A stretch of DNA of 62,398 nucleotides, counting the filler, from Sphacelaria rigidula (Eukaryota), in assembly GCA_964200075.2 (NCBI GenBank). It is 6 parts of 6 records of this genome, joined end to end, with 100 filler letters (N's around TTAATTAATTAA, not from the genome) between each part and the next. Parts side by side here need not be neighbours in the genome. Positions count along the whole stretch, not along the records: positions 10,418 to 20,734 come from CAXNAA020006732.1; positions 20,835 to 31,151 come from CAXNAA020006733.1; 4 more parts are not named here. One strand, written 5' to 3'. The translations under genes were made by a program, and so were the position numbers. The notes below the pieces were generated by a model. The model saw only the letters and a list, made by a program, of their open reading frames with translations. It ran no database searches and was not told where the DNA came from. Positions 10,418-23,280 of this stretch are shown piece by piece (within the stretch, counting starts at the first letter, position 1; every line of letters starts with the position of its first letter).

Positions 10418-12569
10418 CACCATGACCCCCCCCCTCCCCCTCCCTCCTCCCCTTCCTTTCACCATCGCCACCAAAAAAACATTACACCCCCCCCCCCCCC
10501 CCCCCCCTAGCCTGGTTCGGCGAGAACCCGACGTGCTCCGTCCCTGCTTTGTAGGGGCGGACCCCCGATGGCGTTGGCGTCGGTTGTCGATGGCGCTGTA
10601 CAACACGCCACTCACTGCGTGAGCTAGGCAACCAGGTTATCGCTTTGTGTTTGCGCGCTTGCGTTCTTTTACGGTAACCATGATGGTAGTCGAGCTAGAT
10701 CATGTTGTGCGGCGTGGGATAATCTCAACTCCGCACAATGGGGATGATCGTATTACATAGTGTTTAAATGGTGAGACATTCATGAGGCAGTGTACAACCC
10801 ATGGCTGTCTCTGGAAGTTGCGATACCAGTAAATAAAGCAACTCATTGTCGACTGTTATCCTAATGCATGAAACTCAGTAGGCTTGCGGCCGAAAAATCT
10901 CAACAGGAGGCAGCTCACCGCTACGCGCATAATCATTGATGGCGAGCCAGGTCCGGCGAAAACCCGGCGTGCTCCGTCCCAGCGTTGTAGGGACGCGAAG
11001 TCAATGGCCACACGACTACGGTATGCAAGATCACGACTACACCCGCCCCCCCTCCTCGTCCAGCAAGAGTGATCCGTCCCTCCCACGCAGGAACACCTGA
11101 ATTGCCAGACGGTGATACTATTCCGAGACCAAGCCGGAGGTGAAAGGGTTGACACACTTTCTAACAGAATTATTTTCGGTGAACGCCTCCCGAATGTAAT
11201 CGCATATAGCGGGGGAAACGCAGCAGTATGCGAACTTCTTCCGTCAGCGTACTTCACTTGCCTCCAGGTGCACCACGCCCGCGAGGGGTACCTCCAGCCA
11301 AACAGTCCATGTGGGAGAAGTCGTCGGGGGAAAATCCCGGCCGCCGGCTGAGATCTTGTATATCCAGCCTGGGAAATGCCTAACGCGAAAAAAACAGCAG
11401 AGGATACCCGAGGTTTTCATCACCACATCAGGTACCACCAACAAAATGCCTTGCCTTGGCCGTGAGGTCGTATCTCAAAGGATTGCTTCACAACAAATCG
11501 AAACAGAAATCGAAATGGATTTTACATTTCCGATGTTACGGTTCGGACTAGGGCCGTCAGTGATAGAGCGCCCGAGGAACACGGGATTTAGGACCATGGT
11601 AAACAGTTTACAAACCACAGCCGATCCAAGGGGGTCGGTCACACGCTAGTCACGAGAGGTGTCAGTGCTCGATAACCCTCGCGATAACGTTCACTGAATG
11701 ACCTACGTATGCTGTATCAACAAGTGAGTCAAAGCGCTTGCTCGATGAACTTCGTGTTGTTTTGGTGTGGTGTGCGTCATTGACTTCGATACGTCAAGAA
11801 GTGATGTTACAGTACCTGTTTTGTCAAGGCTGCATGGCACATGTTGGGGACTTCTTCCGGGCGGAGAGTGAACATCCTTTATATCCACCGAAAACGGGAG
11901 CAAACTCATCCGATGGAAACCTCTTGTACTTAGGCAAATCCAGGCTATCTGTGAATGCGTGCAAGGTTTACTGTTGGTGTCTGTGTGCGACTCTGTGTAC
12001 CCTGACATGGTTTGGGACGCGTGGGCTCTAAACGCTTCAGACACACACTGTCATACTTGTTGGCCCCTATATGTTGATAACGAATGGCTATCGGTAGAAA
12101 CATGCCAGAATTCACTGTGGTATGCAATGTCCATCGATAGGTGTCCTCTGTCAGGTTTTGCCGCACCATAAAACGCAATGTACTGCGCATATATAGGCCA
12201 TATGTTACATTGCAGCACGGTTCAACAAACTCGGAACAGCCGTATGTTGTTGGAATCCGCCATATGTGGGGCACAAGCTTATCAGTGTTGTAGTTGGTGT
12301 GCTGATGGTACTCAGTGTTCCACCTCTGGTGGACAAGAGCGCTTTGAGTACTTTGTGTGAGGGTGACATGTGCTCATACCCAAGACAAAATACTCTGCTT
12401 TGTATAGGAACACTGCCGTCACACTAGCCCCGAAACTGTGACTGACAATTGACGTGGTCAGTCACAATCGACTGGCATCACTGTCCATAAATAGCTTTTG
12501 TAGGGAACAACAGTTTCGAGACAAGGGACGGCATTTGATATTGCCGTGGCAATGAGCCATCGATATGTG

Positions 12570-12790
12570 TTACTGTTGCAATAGGCTCTGAATTGCGGCC
12601 ACCAACCCATATATTGCCGATTACACTAGGAGCTAAATTGCGCCCATCAATCTCTATGGATAATCAATGAAGGATCTGAATCGCGCCCACTAACTTCTGT
12701 CGCTGGTTGCGATAGATCTCAATCGCGGCCACCAGAATATATTACTGGCCACAACAGGAGCTTAACGGCAGCGGTCAACAGCTATTGATA
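12570..12790. repeat. Degenerate ~42-47-bp tandem repeat, ~5 units
   Basis: Recurrent core of the form AGG(A/C)(T/G)CT.AAT(T/C)GCG(G/C)CCA(C/T). The minus strand reads as a decayed G-R-x-S-x-P peptide repeat. Confidence 0.55.
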
Positions 12791-13104
12791 CCCTCTTTTT
12801 GGTGGACGTTTCCACCGTTCACAACAGCTATTAACTACCGCCTCAGGTCGTCGATTGTGTACAGGATGTCTTCCAAGATTATTGCCGTTGATGCCGTGAC
12901 ACCACTGGAGTGAGCATTACTCAAGTGTATGTGTGTGTATATATATATATATATATAGGGGAATATACGAAAGAAGGCAAACCCAAACCAAAACAGGGTA
13001 GCGCACTTTTCGGTTTGTGGGGCGGCGTTGCACGCGGGCTGAACGCCTCGAAAACACGTTCCAACGCCTCAGGCCTACGCACAAAGTGTCTGGGCAGCAT
13101 TCCC

Positions 13105-13461
13105 GACACTTTACACGATAGCCCCCCCCCCCCCCCCCACACAAAAAGCCACAACTAACTGTTTGGAGATACGCACCCCCCCANNNNNNNNNNCCCCCAC
13201 TTTACACAAAACCCCCCCCCCCCCCCCCAAAAAAAAAAGGTGCATGTTTTTGTGAGGCAAAATCTCCACGTAAATCGAAATTGGAAAAGCCAAGCACAAC
13301 GAGCAGCTGGGAATTCCCACGCTTGGGTTCGCTCTAGCCAATGTCGCCAATATGAAGTGCTTCATGCAGCCTGCACCCAAACATCAGGCGCTGTATGGCC
13401 ATTGTTTTCGTGACACTTTTGGGCTGTTTGTATAGGGGGGGAGGCTATCGTAGAAAGTGTC
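13105..13461. mobile_element. MITE with ~25-bp TIRs and 4-bp TSD
   Basis: Left GACACTTTACACGATAGCCCCCC; right GGGGGAGGCTATCGTAGAAAGTGTC. Flanked by TCCC on both sides (13101-13104, 13462-13465). Contains poly-C tracts and a small N gap. Confidence 0.8.
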
Positions 13462-16400
13462 TCCCAGCCATCGTTTCTTTTTCACACGTGGCATTGGGCT
13501 TACCAAAGGCGTGGAAAAGGAGAGCCTGATAGAGCACCCTTTTGTGTGAAGAAACCAGCAGCATGGTACACCCGATTACCGACCCAGCTGAAACGTTACA
13601 TCACCATGTCCAAAGAAGTAGCCCAGCCTTCATCCAATCACACACCCGTATGTGGATGTCAAATGCACTCCTTTCAATTCCTTATGTACCATAGGATGAG
13701 TAATACCCAGAAACGACTAAAATGGTAAAAATAAGTAATCAATGTCGCATGATCCTTCGGGCAAGACTTCGAGAGGGCAGCGACGAGCTCGAATACTCGT
13801 CGTAGTCTTTGCCCAAGAAGGGCATCGGCAGTCACGGTCGTGGGTGTCATTAATCTTCGGCGTTGTTCAGGCCAGATATCGAGACAAAAGAAAAAGGAAA
13901 GCATTGATACTGTCGGAATGAGCAAGATCATAATCATGACCAACAGCCTAGGAGTGGCAATCATTTCACGCTCCCATTTAACACTATATTCGTGATATTT
14001 GGAGCGTAATATGGGATTCAGAGCGGATGCTCTAGCGTTCCTTACAGGCAACGTTTTTCTTTTTGTTTTGCTTCAGCACACGTCCTGTGCATGCAGCTAT
14101 CGCACAGTACCCCATTCGAGGAATTCGGCGGTCTGGTTGGTGAGATACCGCACAAAGTATTTTCAAGCCTGGGGGGGCATTCCGGAACTGAAACTGTTTC
14201 AGGCACTAATTGCTTTTTCCTGAAACAGGGGATCTTTTGTTGCAATGGACTGACTACGTCGTTGTGATCAAGTGATGTGTCAAATCGATCGTGTAGGTGA
14301 CAGCTTTCATTGAAGCCATCGCTTCACCAGCTGGGCGCATTACTCCTCGAACTGTGGCGACGTCAAAATCGACGAGAAAGTCGATTGTTTCGGGTTTCAC
14401 TCTGAATCCGATGTTACACTCTGAATCTCACGAATATAGTGTTATTTGGACTCTCATTCTCATACCATGATTTCCAATTTTTTCGTCACATTAGATCGAC
14501 ATCTCGAACCCGTCGTAAGGAGCACACCACCCATAGCCATAAATCGAACACCAACAGAGGAAGGCGAGAAACAGAACAATCACATGAAATAACGGCACCT
14601 ACACTGCGAAAGATCCGTAAAAAAGACCAATTGAACTACGGGAGACCTACTGAAAGCTTGAAAGTCCCGCCGTGCGACCTCTCTGACTACAGAACTTTGC
14701 CACGTACGTTCTTGCAAAAACTACTCATTCCACCTTGGATATATATTGTGTGTGAGAACGGAGGAAACAATCCATCAAGAACACACACAAAAAAGGGACC
14801 GTAAAAAAGTCGCCGCACGTGCGTAGACTATTCGTCATCATTCGCTTTCTCAGAGTACCATACTCTTTTTTTTTTTGGGGGGGGGTCTCGATATGACCTG
14901 GCCTAGTACCTCGAAAACCGCGATGGTGCGCATGTGTGTGGGCATGCGTAGAGTAGATTTTTCTGAACGGCAATAACTCGACTATACGTCACTTGGGCGA
15001 GGTCCGTCACATTCTCGCTGTACGCTTGAGTGGTGCACCGTAATTGCCGCCATGATCTCGATACAGGAGTCAAGGCTGTAAGCGCCAACAACACCAGATC
15101 CAGCAAACGTCCTCGTGACGACCATACCCCAAATGCTGGCGTTTGAATATGGGACTGTGCGCGATAAGATGGGCAATTTCACAGGATCCCTACAGGCTAG
15201 TTCATGCGTTCAATCAAGAATTCACCTATTGGCAGGTACTTTCCGTGATGCCTGCCCAATTGTCGCATGCATGGTATCATAATCGCCATGGAAAACTGAA
15301 GAGGATGATACAGTCAGTATTGTTTGAATCGCCACAGTGGTGGGGCCAGGGACGAAAAACGACCGAAAACGAGTGGTGCCCTGGGAGGGGTGCACCGTTG
15401 AAGTCAATCTTTGTCGGGGGTACGCCTAGCATTTGGGCCCAGTTTCGTTTCGTTGAGGGGCTCATAATATAAGGAGCCTGAGAAACAGTTTGTGAACCTC
15501 TATGGTGACGTCACTCAAATGTATACCTTTGTTGAGGAATACGTAGTATACACTGCACTCTGCCAATAAGGTAGACTCACAAGTAGACACGAAACTTTGT
15601 GAAGTACGTTCCAGGAATAAGAGTTGTTCGAGGATAAGAGACTTTTAGAATAGCGGGTGATTAGGATACGGATGATTTCCCTAGCGAGCGGCTGATTAGT
15701 GCGGGTAATTTCCCCCCAGCGAGTTCTAGGATTCGAGNNNNNNNNNNAGGAGTCGAGAGCTGGGAAGAGCTAGGCAGGCAAGGCAGCCCCCCTTTTGCCC
15801 ACTGCCTTCCGAATTCCTCCCAACTTTTTTTTTCTGATTTTTTTCTGGCCGCTAGCTTACTGCTGTTCACATCTACCTCTGGGTAGGGCATAGTACGCCG
15901 AGTACATATCTGGTGAAGGATTGAGAGCCACTGAGGACTATCAAGGCTCGCCGATCATAAAATGGCGTTTAAAACATTTCCATCAGGACACGCTCGACTG
16001 CTGTCTGAGCACAGTAATTGCTCCAGCGTCTGAGACTGGAAGCCATGTCCACATTCATGAACCACTTCAGTTAAGATAACATACCTTGACCAATCAGCGG
16101 CCCGGAAACTGCCGTGAATTTTCAAAACGTGAATCCCTGACCCGAACTCTACCTAACCTCACGTGCGTCACACTGTAGTGACCGCCATTTGCTCGGGAAC
16201 GTAACGTAAAAACAGATTTGACAACAGTTTCCATGGGATCGACTTGTACCCCGAACTATGGTGTTTGGGTGATGTGAGGTTTTGCATCGTCGCATCTCCA
16301 CTGACGATACGCACCAAACACCCAGGAAGGCCCCCGGCCGTTTCCCTTGCAGATGTCGAAGGAAAGGCCCGACTGCTATCAAACTTGGCAGTTCGGTAGG

Positions 16401-16890
16401 TATCGACTATTGGTCGGTATCATATGAAACATTTTGTAATGTAAGTACAATATAGTAATATCGCAAAAATCCCACAGCGAGTTTGACACACACACATATA
16501 TATATATCGTAAGCATATAATATGATATACTATGATACTGTATATTATGCTTCATCGTACGCCATGCTCATGATAAGAGCATAAAAGCAATCGAGTGGTC
16601 TGAGCAGGCGAGTACAATCGTGCGCAAGCGCGTGGACACGTCACAGGTCACGTTACACGCCCTCGTCACATGATTCTTTTCGCGCTGTTGACTGTCGCGC
16701 ACAAGAAAAGCGATAGGTTGTCCATGCACCCTGTACTGATGTTTAAGTAGTGTCGAATAGCACACGTACACGTGAAACCATGCAGTGACCCTCTCAGCAA
16801 CGATTGCCAATGTTTTATACCCTGGGGGCCAGATTCAGCAGCACAAAATGCAGACCACGAGACCGCGTCCACTGGAGATCAGGTGTCGCC

Positions 16891-17060
16891 GACAGCCGAA
16901 ACTATCGGCCTGGCGAATGTCGAAGCACTATCCGACCTCGTTACTGCCGCTTGATCAACAACTATCGGCCATTGACAGCCGAAACTATCGACCTTGCGGA
17001 TGTCGAAGAACAATCCGACCTAGTTACTGATGCTTGATCAATCATCGACCATTGACAGAC
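16891..17060. repeat. Tandem duplication, ~83-bp unit, 2 copies plus a stub
   Basis: GACAGCCGAAACTATCG at 16891 and 16974; GACAG stub at ~17054. Confidence 0.85.
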
Positions 17061-18853
17061 CTGCTTTCAAGCAGTATACAGCTGTCCACTCATTCTTACC
17101 GAGTAGTGAGCTGCCGCTGGGTCCATGTTTCGTTGTGCCTTGGTATGCCACCAAAACCTCCCTCACTTCCGGGCACATCGTACGGAATACAGCCTTCAGT
17201 TCTTCCTCTGGAGTTACTTGCCTTGTACCTCGAGAGTATTTCAGAAAAACAAACACTCCAGAGGTTCAGGGTGAGCAACCGAGATTTACTCCCCAGCGAT
17301 TCCTCTCGTCGTTTTTCCGAGTTAGACCATGAAACTTTGCACACGGATGTTCGGTGATATTTATTAATAGTAACTCCTCACGAACGTTTTTGTTTTCGCC
17401 AGATATCCGGGGTCCCAGGAGGCGGTGTGAAACTCTGTATGAGTATTTTCTTTTATTTTCCTCGCCAATATTCCGGCTCTCGGATATTTAGCGGAGAAAA
17501 CAAGAAGTGAAACATTCATACAGGTATTTAAATATCCCAGAGCACCCGCGTGCAGCATATCAGGGTCTAACTCGAAAATCCAGCGGAAGAAGTCGCCCGT
17601 ATGTGCGTTGCTATACAGGTGTGCGCGGAATCTCCCTAATTACTTGATAAAAGAATGCTACCGACGTTCTCCTTGTGTCCTTGAGCTTGCATCGACCGTT
17701 TGGGATCAGCGTTTCTAGTTACACAACGAACGTTTGTACAAACGTTCCTTGGGTTGCCTCGGGGCGATCTATACCGACTTCTGAGGGTCTTTACGCTGGG
17801 ACGCCCGGAATCCAGTAGAGAGCGGATGCGCTTTGGAATTTTTCGACAATTTTTTAATTTGTAGCACCGATATCTACCAAACAGCCAAGTTTGAGGATGA
17901 CCGACGCTTTTCCCAAGACAGTTACAATATAAAACGTCAAAAGGAAATCCGAGTATTCGATGCATATTACCAGTGGAAACCCGACGCCGTCAAAACTCCG
18001 GATCACCGATAAACCACAGTTTGGGGTATAACTCGATCCCACACAAACCGTTCTTTGTTTGTTCTGGCGTTTAATTCCCCAGCTGACGGTCGTTACTAAG
18101 GTTTGATTCGTGATGAGATTGGGTACAAACGGCGTCGGGAATCGCATTTTGTATTCCAGAACAGTCTGAAGGCTCATAGTTGATCTGGGAGCATTTTCAC
18201 AACCAGCGGCACGGCAAAGGTCGCACGAAAAAAACTTGCCATATCACACTGTTCACGTACCGATGTTTCCCCCCCCCCCCTAATAGATAGAGGCATCTCC
18301 ATCGCAGACGTGGTATGATTTGTACGTTCCAGTCGATTGAGTCATGTTCCGCAGTTTCAATTATCTTGTGCTTAGAGGGGTGGTCATCTTGGGAAGAGGG
18401 GTGGTCACCGTCAGCACGGGCAGCTGGCTGTACAGGCGACCCCCGGTGGTCGAGAAAGCCGCATCACGCACGAGTTTCGTCACAGCACACGTCACGAGCG
18501 ATTGGTGCTGAGAAGAAGTCCATGTCCAAGAGTATAGGGCGAAGTTGGTGCAGGCTTCTACTCTACATGCCAGCCCCACCCCGTACGCACTAGTCTTGAA
18601 TCATACACACACATTCATATATGTAAGGATTTTGCGTTTTGAGGCAATCGCGCCACGCTCAAAGGATCGACAGCCAAGGCACATGTTCACTGGCGGTAGT
18701 AGCGAGAGAAAGCAAACCTGATCGTGCAGAGGTATACAATAAGACACCACAGCATATGGCGCGCGCAACTGTACCACCTGCACTTGTGTGTGCGGTAATA
18801 CCGTACCGTACTCCATTCATTCATCCCACCTCCTGCCCGGTACTGATGTGTTA

Positions 18854-18901
18854 GCATTGTCGGCCCGGAAGGCGAAACCGGCGAGGATTACTCGGTCGTG
18901 C
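18854..18901 (+). ncRNA. Degenerate type I hammerhead ribozyme-like motif
   Basis: Stem II GCC-cggaa-GGC, then GAAA, stem III ACCG…CGGT, GTC cleavage triplet, stem I GCA(T)/GTGC. The CUGANGA core reads TTGTCG, so it is probably inactive. Confidence 0.4.
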
Positions 18902-19000
18902 GGTGACCCTTTTCACGACTTTTGAGAGCGGCCCACGAAGCCGTTCGATCCGACAGGGAGACATCATGTTGTCGTCGCAGGATAAATGAAGGCAGCACAC

Positions 19001-19145
19001 TGTAGAGGGTGTGTAGAGGGTCGCCACAGTGGGATTTGGATCTTGTAGAGAGTGTGTAGAGGGTCGCTGCAGGGGCTTCTAGATCTTCAGAGGGTGTGCC
19101 GAGGGTCGCACAGGGTTCTCTGGATCTTTATAGGGTCGCCAGAGG
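19001..19145. repeat. Minisatellite, 43-bp unit, ~3.5 copies
   Basis: TGTAGAGGGTGTGTAGAGGGTCGC…GGATCT variants start at 19001, 19044 and 19087. Confidence 0.85.
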
Positions 19146-19950
19146 CTCTTTACCTTCGGGAGGTGTTCCGAGGGTGTAGTAAAGTGTTCACCTCTGGAGA
19201 GAGGAATAATAAGCAATGTTTTCATTTTCGACGGCAATGAGCCGAGGTGGCGGAGATGTCTCAGACATGATGCAGATGGTGTCGATTCAAGTGTTAATGA
19301 TACCGATTCATTTGAATCGAAACTTGAATTCAAATTTGAAAAAGATGGGGAACGCTGCTGCATCTAGCCACCGTTCGTCATGAGAAAACGCTGCGGCAGG
19401 TCGAGAGGAAGGAAGAGGCATGCGTGCGAGATCAAAACACGCTCAAGGTGTTCAAGCCCCGTCCCGAGGGTAAACTGTTCAGACGAGAGAGATGGCACGG
19501 TAATCGTCTCACGCCGTTATCTCGCTTCTCACGATTCTCCAGTGGACATGATCAAGTGAAAATGATGCCGACTCCAACAGCAGCCACGCCACGCCATGAT
19601 GCCTGTGTGGTCGAAGGGTCCGCTGAGAGGCGGAGCAGCAGAGACAGGAAATTTTAAAAGGCATAGCAATGCCACAACGCCTATGCAGAACACAACGCGG
19701 AGGGCACATGGTACTCCACACCCCAACAGAAACAGAACACACCCTAACCCCTTTGGGACTGGATTTCCATCATCCAGGGATGAGTACCTGGTCTGTACGC
19801 AAGGTTCATTTGTGAATCGGCATCATTTCGGGTCAATTTCAGGTGAAGATGATGCCGATTTACGATGGGCCGCCATCCCCGGTTGGTCCACTCCAGTCGC
19901 GAAAGGGCTAATACCCGGTGAAGTTCTACAGAGAAGGTCAGCACAAATAT

Positions 19951-20135
19951 GTACTCAAAACCCAGTAAGACGTAGTACTGGCTTCGGAGAGCTTAAAAAA
20001 AAGACATGACACCAAGAGAGGTGTACTTCAAAACCAAGCGAGACGAAGTAATACTGACTTCGGAGAGCTTAAAAATTGAGATGGTACCAAAGGAGGTTCG
20101 CAAAAATCAAGTGAAAACGAAGTGCTGGATTCTCA
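19951..20135. repeat. Diverged tandem repeat, ~72-75-bp unit, ~2.5 copies
   Basis: …TACTG(G/A)CTTCGGAGAGCTTAAAAA… occurs twice, plus a decayed third copy. Confidence 0.75.
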
Positions 20136-20734
20136 GACGTCGACAACAAAATGGCACCTGTCTGCAGGACAGAATGGTATGATACGGACAAAATAGTGGC
20201 AGTAGCCTCTCCGGCTCGTCCGTGCACTGGTTCGTTTTTACTACTGTCTCTACTGTCTCAATTGTTGTGGTACCCATGATCGCTGCTCAAGCACTGTGAT
20301 GGCGGATCTTCTCAAGACGGGGCATGAAGTGAAATTTCCTCTTCACCAACATGCGGGATATGCATCCATGTGCTATACACTATGCAATGATTTGTACGTA
20401 CAGTAGTTAGCGTCTGATATTTTCAAGATCCGTAGTTTTTGAATTTTATACTGAAAATAGAGAGAAGTCGTGATTCCGCCGCTTTTTTTCATCATGTTTC
20501 AGCCAACATCGCGTGCATGCCAGCAAGGATATCTCGGCGTATAGTGCTCCCCCTGCGTAAAGAAAGATATCGTGATAACCGCTGTCAAGTGGAGAAGCCG
20601 AACATCTGCGTATAACAGGGTCAACTACCGTGTGTGGTGAACACGGTGGGTGGGAAGAACCCCCACAAATCAGGTGGTACGCTGCGGACTTGAACATGAC
20701 GGCTGTCAGAAAACACATCGAAGGCGTTGCATGT

Positions 20735-20834
20735 NNNNNNNNNNNNNNNNNNNNNNNNNNNNNNNNNNNNNNNNNNNNTTAATTAATTAANNNNNNNNNN
20801 NNNNNNNNNNNNNNNNNNNNNNNNNNNNNNNNNN
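20735..20834. other. Artificial scaffold spacer
   Basis: Same N44-TTAATTAATTAA-N44 linker. Confidence 0.97.
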
Positions 20835-20862
20835 GTGTGCTCTCCCGATCCCAGCGGATGAC

Positions 20863-20863
<1 letters not shown>

Positions 20864-20906
<43 letters not shown>
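20864..20906. repeat. (CA)n microsatellite
   Basis: Perfect CA run. Confidence 0.95.
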
Positions 20907-20909
<3 letters not shown>

Positions 20910-20999
20910 TGCCGGCCCAGCCTCCTCGTTTGAAGGACCTAGCCTTGACACGGCATGGATATGGAGCGACAAGGGGACCCTAAACAGAAAAAGAGAGGG

Positions 21000-23280
21000 C
21001 ACTATTTGGAACCAACGAATAACACTTCATAGGATACGCAATCCTGTAAGTCGTACCTTTGTCATCCTCCACTACTGTCGCGGCTCGCTGATGTGCAGTT
21101 TTGTTTCATCGATCGAGAAAAATCTCCAACTTCTTCAGGGAAGTTTGATGAGATACGGCAGGCGCGTATGTACATCGGCGGGCAGACAGTTTCTCAACGC
21201 CCTTCACAGACATGAAAAAAACACTAATTTCAAAAAACCAACACCCGACGTCCCCGAGCAACGCATCCAACTCCGAGAAAAAACACACGACACGACAACG
21301 TGTCCCTTGTGAGTTGCGGTGATGAGCGGGAATCACCACCTACACCTGCATCAACAGAGCACCCGCAACAACCCCAGCGGCACACGCCCGCTACGAACCC
21401 CGTGCCGGAAAAAGCTGCCTCCCATCTGTACTGTACGTGTGCCAAGAACGGCCAATATTTTTCTCATTTTATTTTTATTTTATTTGCCGCACTTTTGAAC
21501 ATCTCTCCTTCCTCGGGACGAGCCCGTGGCCTCAAGGAATCAACCCATCTCTCCCCGGTACGCGCCTTGTATTTTGGTCTCGCGGAGTGGGTCAGTACTC
21601 CCGCACCGCGTCAACTCACGTCGAACAAATTCAGTCAACTACTCTGTTTACTCAACTTCTCACGCTTCCCACTGTGGAAATCAGATATTACGAAGAAGAA
21701 GAAAAAAACGCATCGGGAGTCGAACCCTCGTTCTCTCCGCCCTAATGGCGACAGTCGGATCATTACACCACGGGGACATCTGTGCATGCGAATGCACACG
21801 TGGAAGAAAGCCGCACAGATGTACGTAGCGATCGTTCAGAAAAACACAAGGAGGAAAAGACAGGGTAAAACAAGTAACAGTACACAGACAAGTCAGCGGT
21901 CGCTATCGAAGCTTCCCATCACCCCCCCCACCGCGTTCCCGTCGCTGAGGATCCTCGGTGCGCACATCCACCTCGGGATGTCCTTCTTCCCTCTCAGTCC
22001 CACCCCCTCCTAGATTATCTTCTTCGTCCTTCTCGGGTGCCGCTGCATCGATATCTTCATTCCTTGAGTCTACCCGTCCGTCCACTTTTGCTCCTTCTGC
22101 GTGGGCCTCGCTGCCATCGTTCATCTCCGGACTAATATCTTCGTCCGTTTTGGACATAGCTAGAGATCCAATCTCTTTCGTAGAAAAATCCTGGCGTCGA
22201 AGTTGCTTCACCAGGTGGAGCTGATTTTTTTTTGCAATGGGGGTATTGAGAAGCACGAGTGTTAATATCAATGAGGGTGAACAAACAGTTGCCGGTATGA
22301 TAAAGACACTAGTTCGTGGCGCTTCTATACCCCACCAGAGGAAATGGGGATAGATCAGAAGGATCGCGACGAACGACCGACGTTTGGTTACGTAAAATAC
22401 AGATAAGGGATAATCCCCGACTCAACCGATGGACCACATGGAAGAGAACAGTGTTTCTCTTCCATGTCTCACGTCCTAGAGGGCACCGCCATTGATTTGG
22501 GCATTGGCAATTCAATCGTGCGCAATCCACCCCTGTCTACTAGGTGCGAGGCATCACGGTGGGTGTGAAGGTGCGTGATCTCATCGGCCACGAGCACGAA
22601 AATTGAACCTAATTTCAGCCATTCGAACCAAGCTTTGAAATTCCAGCAGTTAAAATGTGTGCCGTTGGTCCTTACATTCAGGCATTCCCTCATGGCCTCG
22701 AAGTCCTTCGCGCATAAGCGCATCTTCCGCTCCTTCGCCTTCGGCCCCCCGACTTTCCCATTCGGGGCGAGGCACAACTGCGCATCGCGCCTTGCCCTAA
22801 TGCATTCCAAATCTGCCATCAAAACCGCCCTGTCCGCCCGCTCTATGCACTCATTTCGGTGCGTGATCGGTCGCGTACGGCACACGGTATTTGAGACAAA
22901 AATCACCGAGAGGGTACTGTGGATGGTTCCGGCACGCACAAGATGCGGGCGATCGATGAGAACGGGGACAGACAACGGTGGGTGCGACAAGACGCATAGG
23001 TGGGTGCGACGGGACGCATAGCAGAGAAGCTTAATTGAACCCACCCCGTTGGGTTATTAATGTTTCGAGGGCGTTCATTGAGTTGTCAGCTATCAACATA
23101 CGGCGCAATTGGCGTTCAACACGGGAGCAAACGCGCTAGGAAACAGTGCAGCGTGTGAGAGCAAACTGCCTCGAAATGCCAATGGTGCTGGGGCAGTCTG
23201 TGGCAACCCAAGTTTGAGATGTCCTTCAAGGGTTCGCTTTACAACCACGTTACGGTTCGCAAAGTGCGGCGCAACCACTT
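21000..23280 (-). pseudogene. Decayed multi-segment coding remnant, possibly with a Ulp1/C48-like peptidase segment (transposon accessory gene?)
   Basis: Protein-like minus-strand segments: 22469-23044 (…AKDFEAMRECLNV…FKAWFEWLKL…RTIELPMP, then frameshifted NQWRCP…TVLFH, loosely resembling P..nHW); acidic 21903-22271; stop-containing pieces at ~21480-21680 and 21000-21300. Confidence 0.35.
21709..21777 (-). ncRNA. tRNA-derived sequence (pseudo-tRNA or SINE head) with Pol III boxes
   Basis: Minus strand: A-box-like TGGTGTAATG, B-box GGTTCGACTCC, followed closely by T7. No convincing cloverleaf or anticodon. Confidence 0.65.

Noticed and set aside
21300..22013. 237-aa plus-strand ORF and most other short ORFs in the track
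   Set aside because: Non-ATG starts, low-complexity composition, or antisense shadows of repeats and decayed elements; no recognisable domains.
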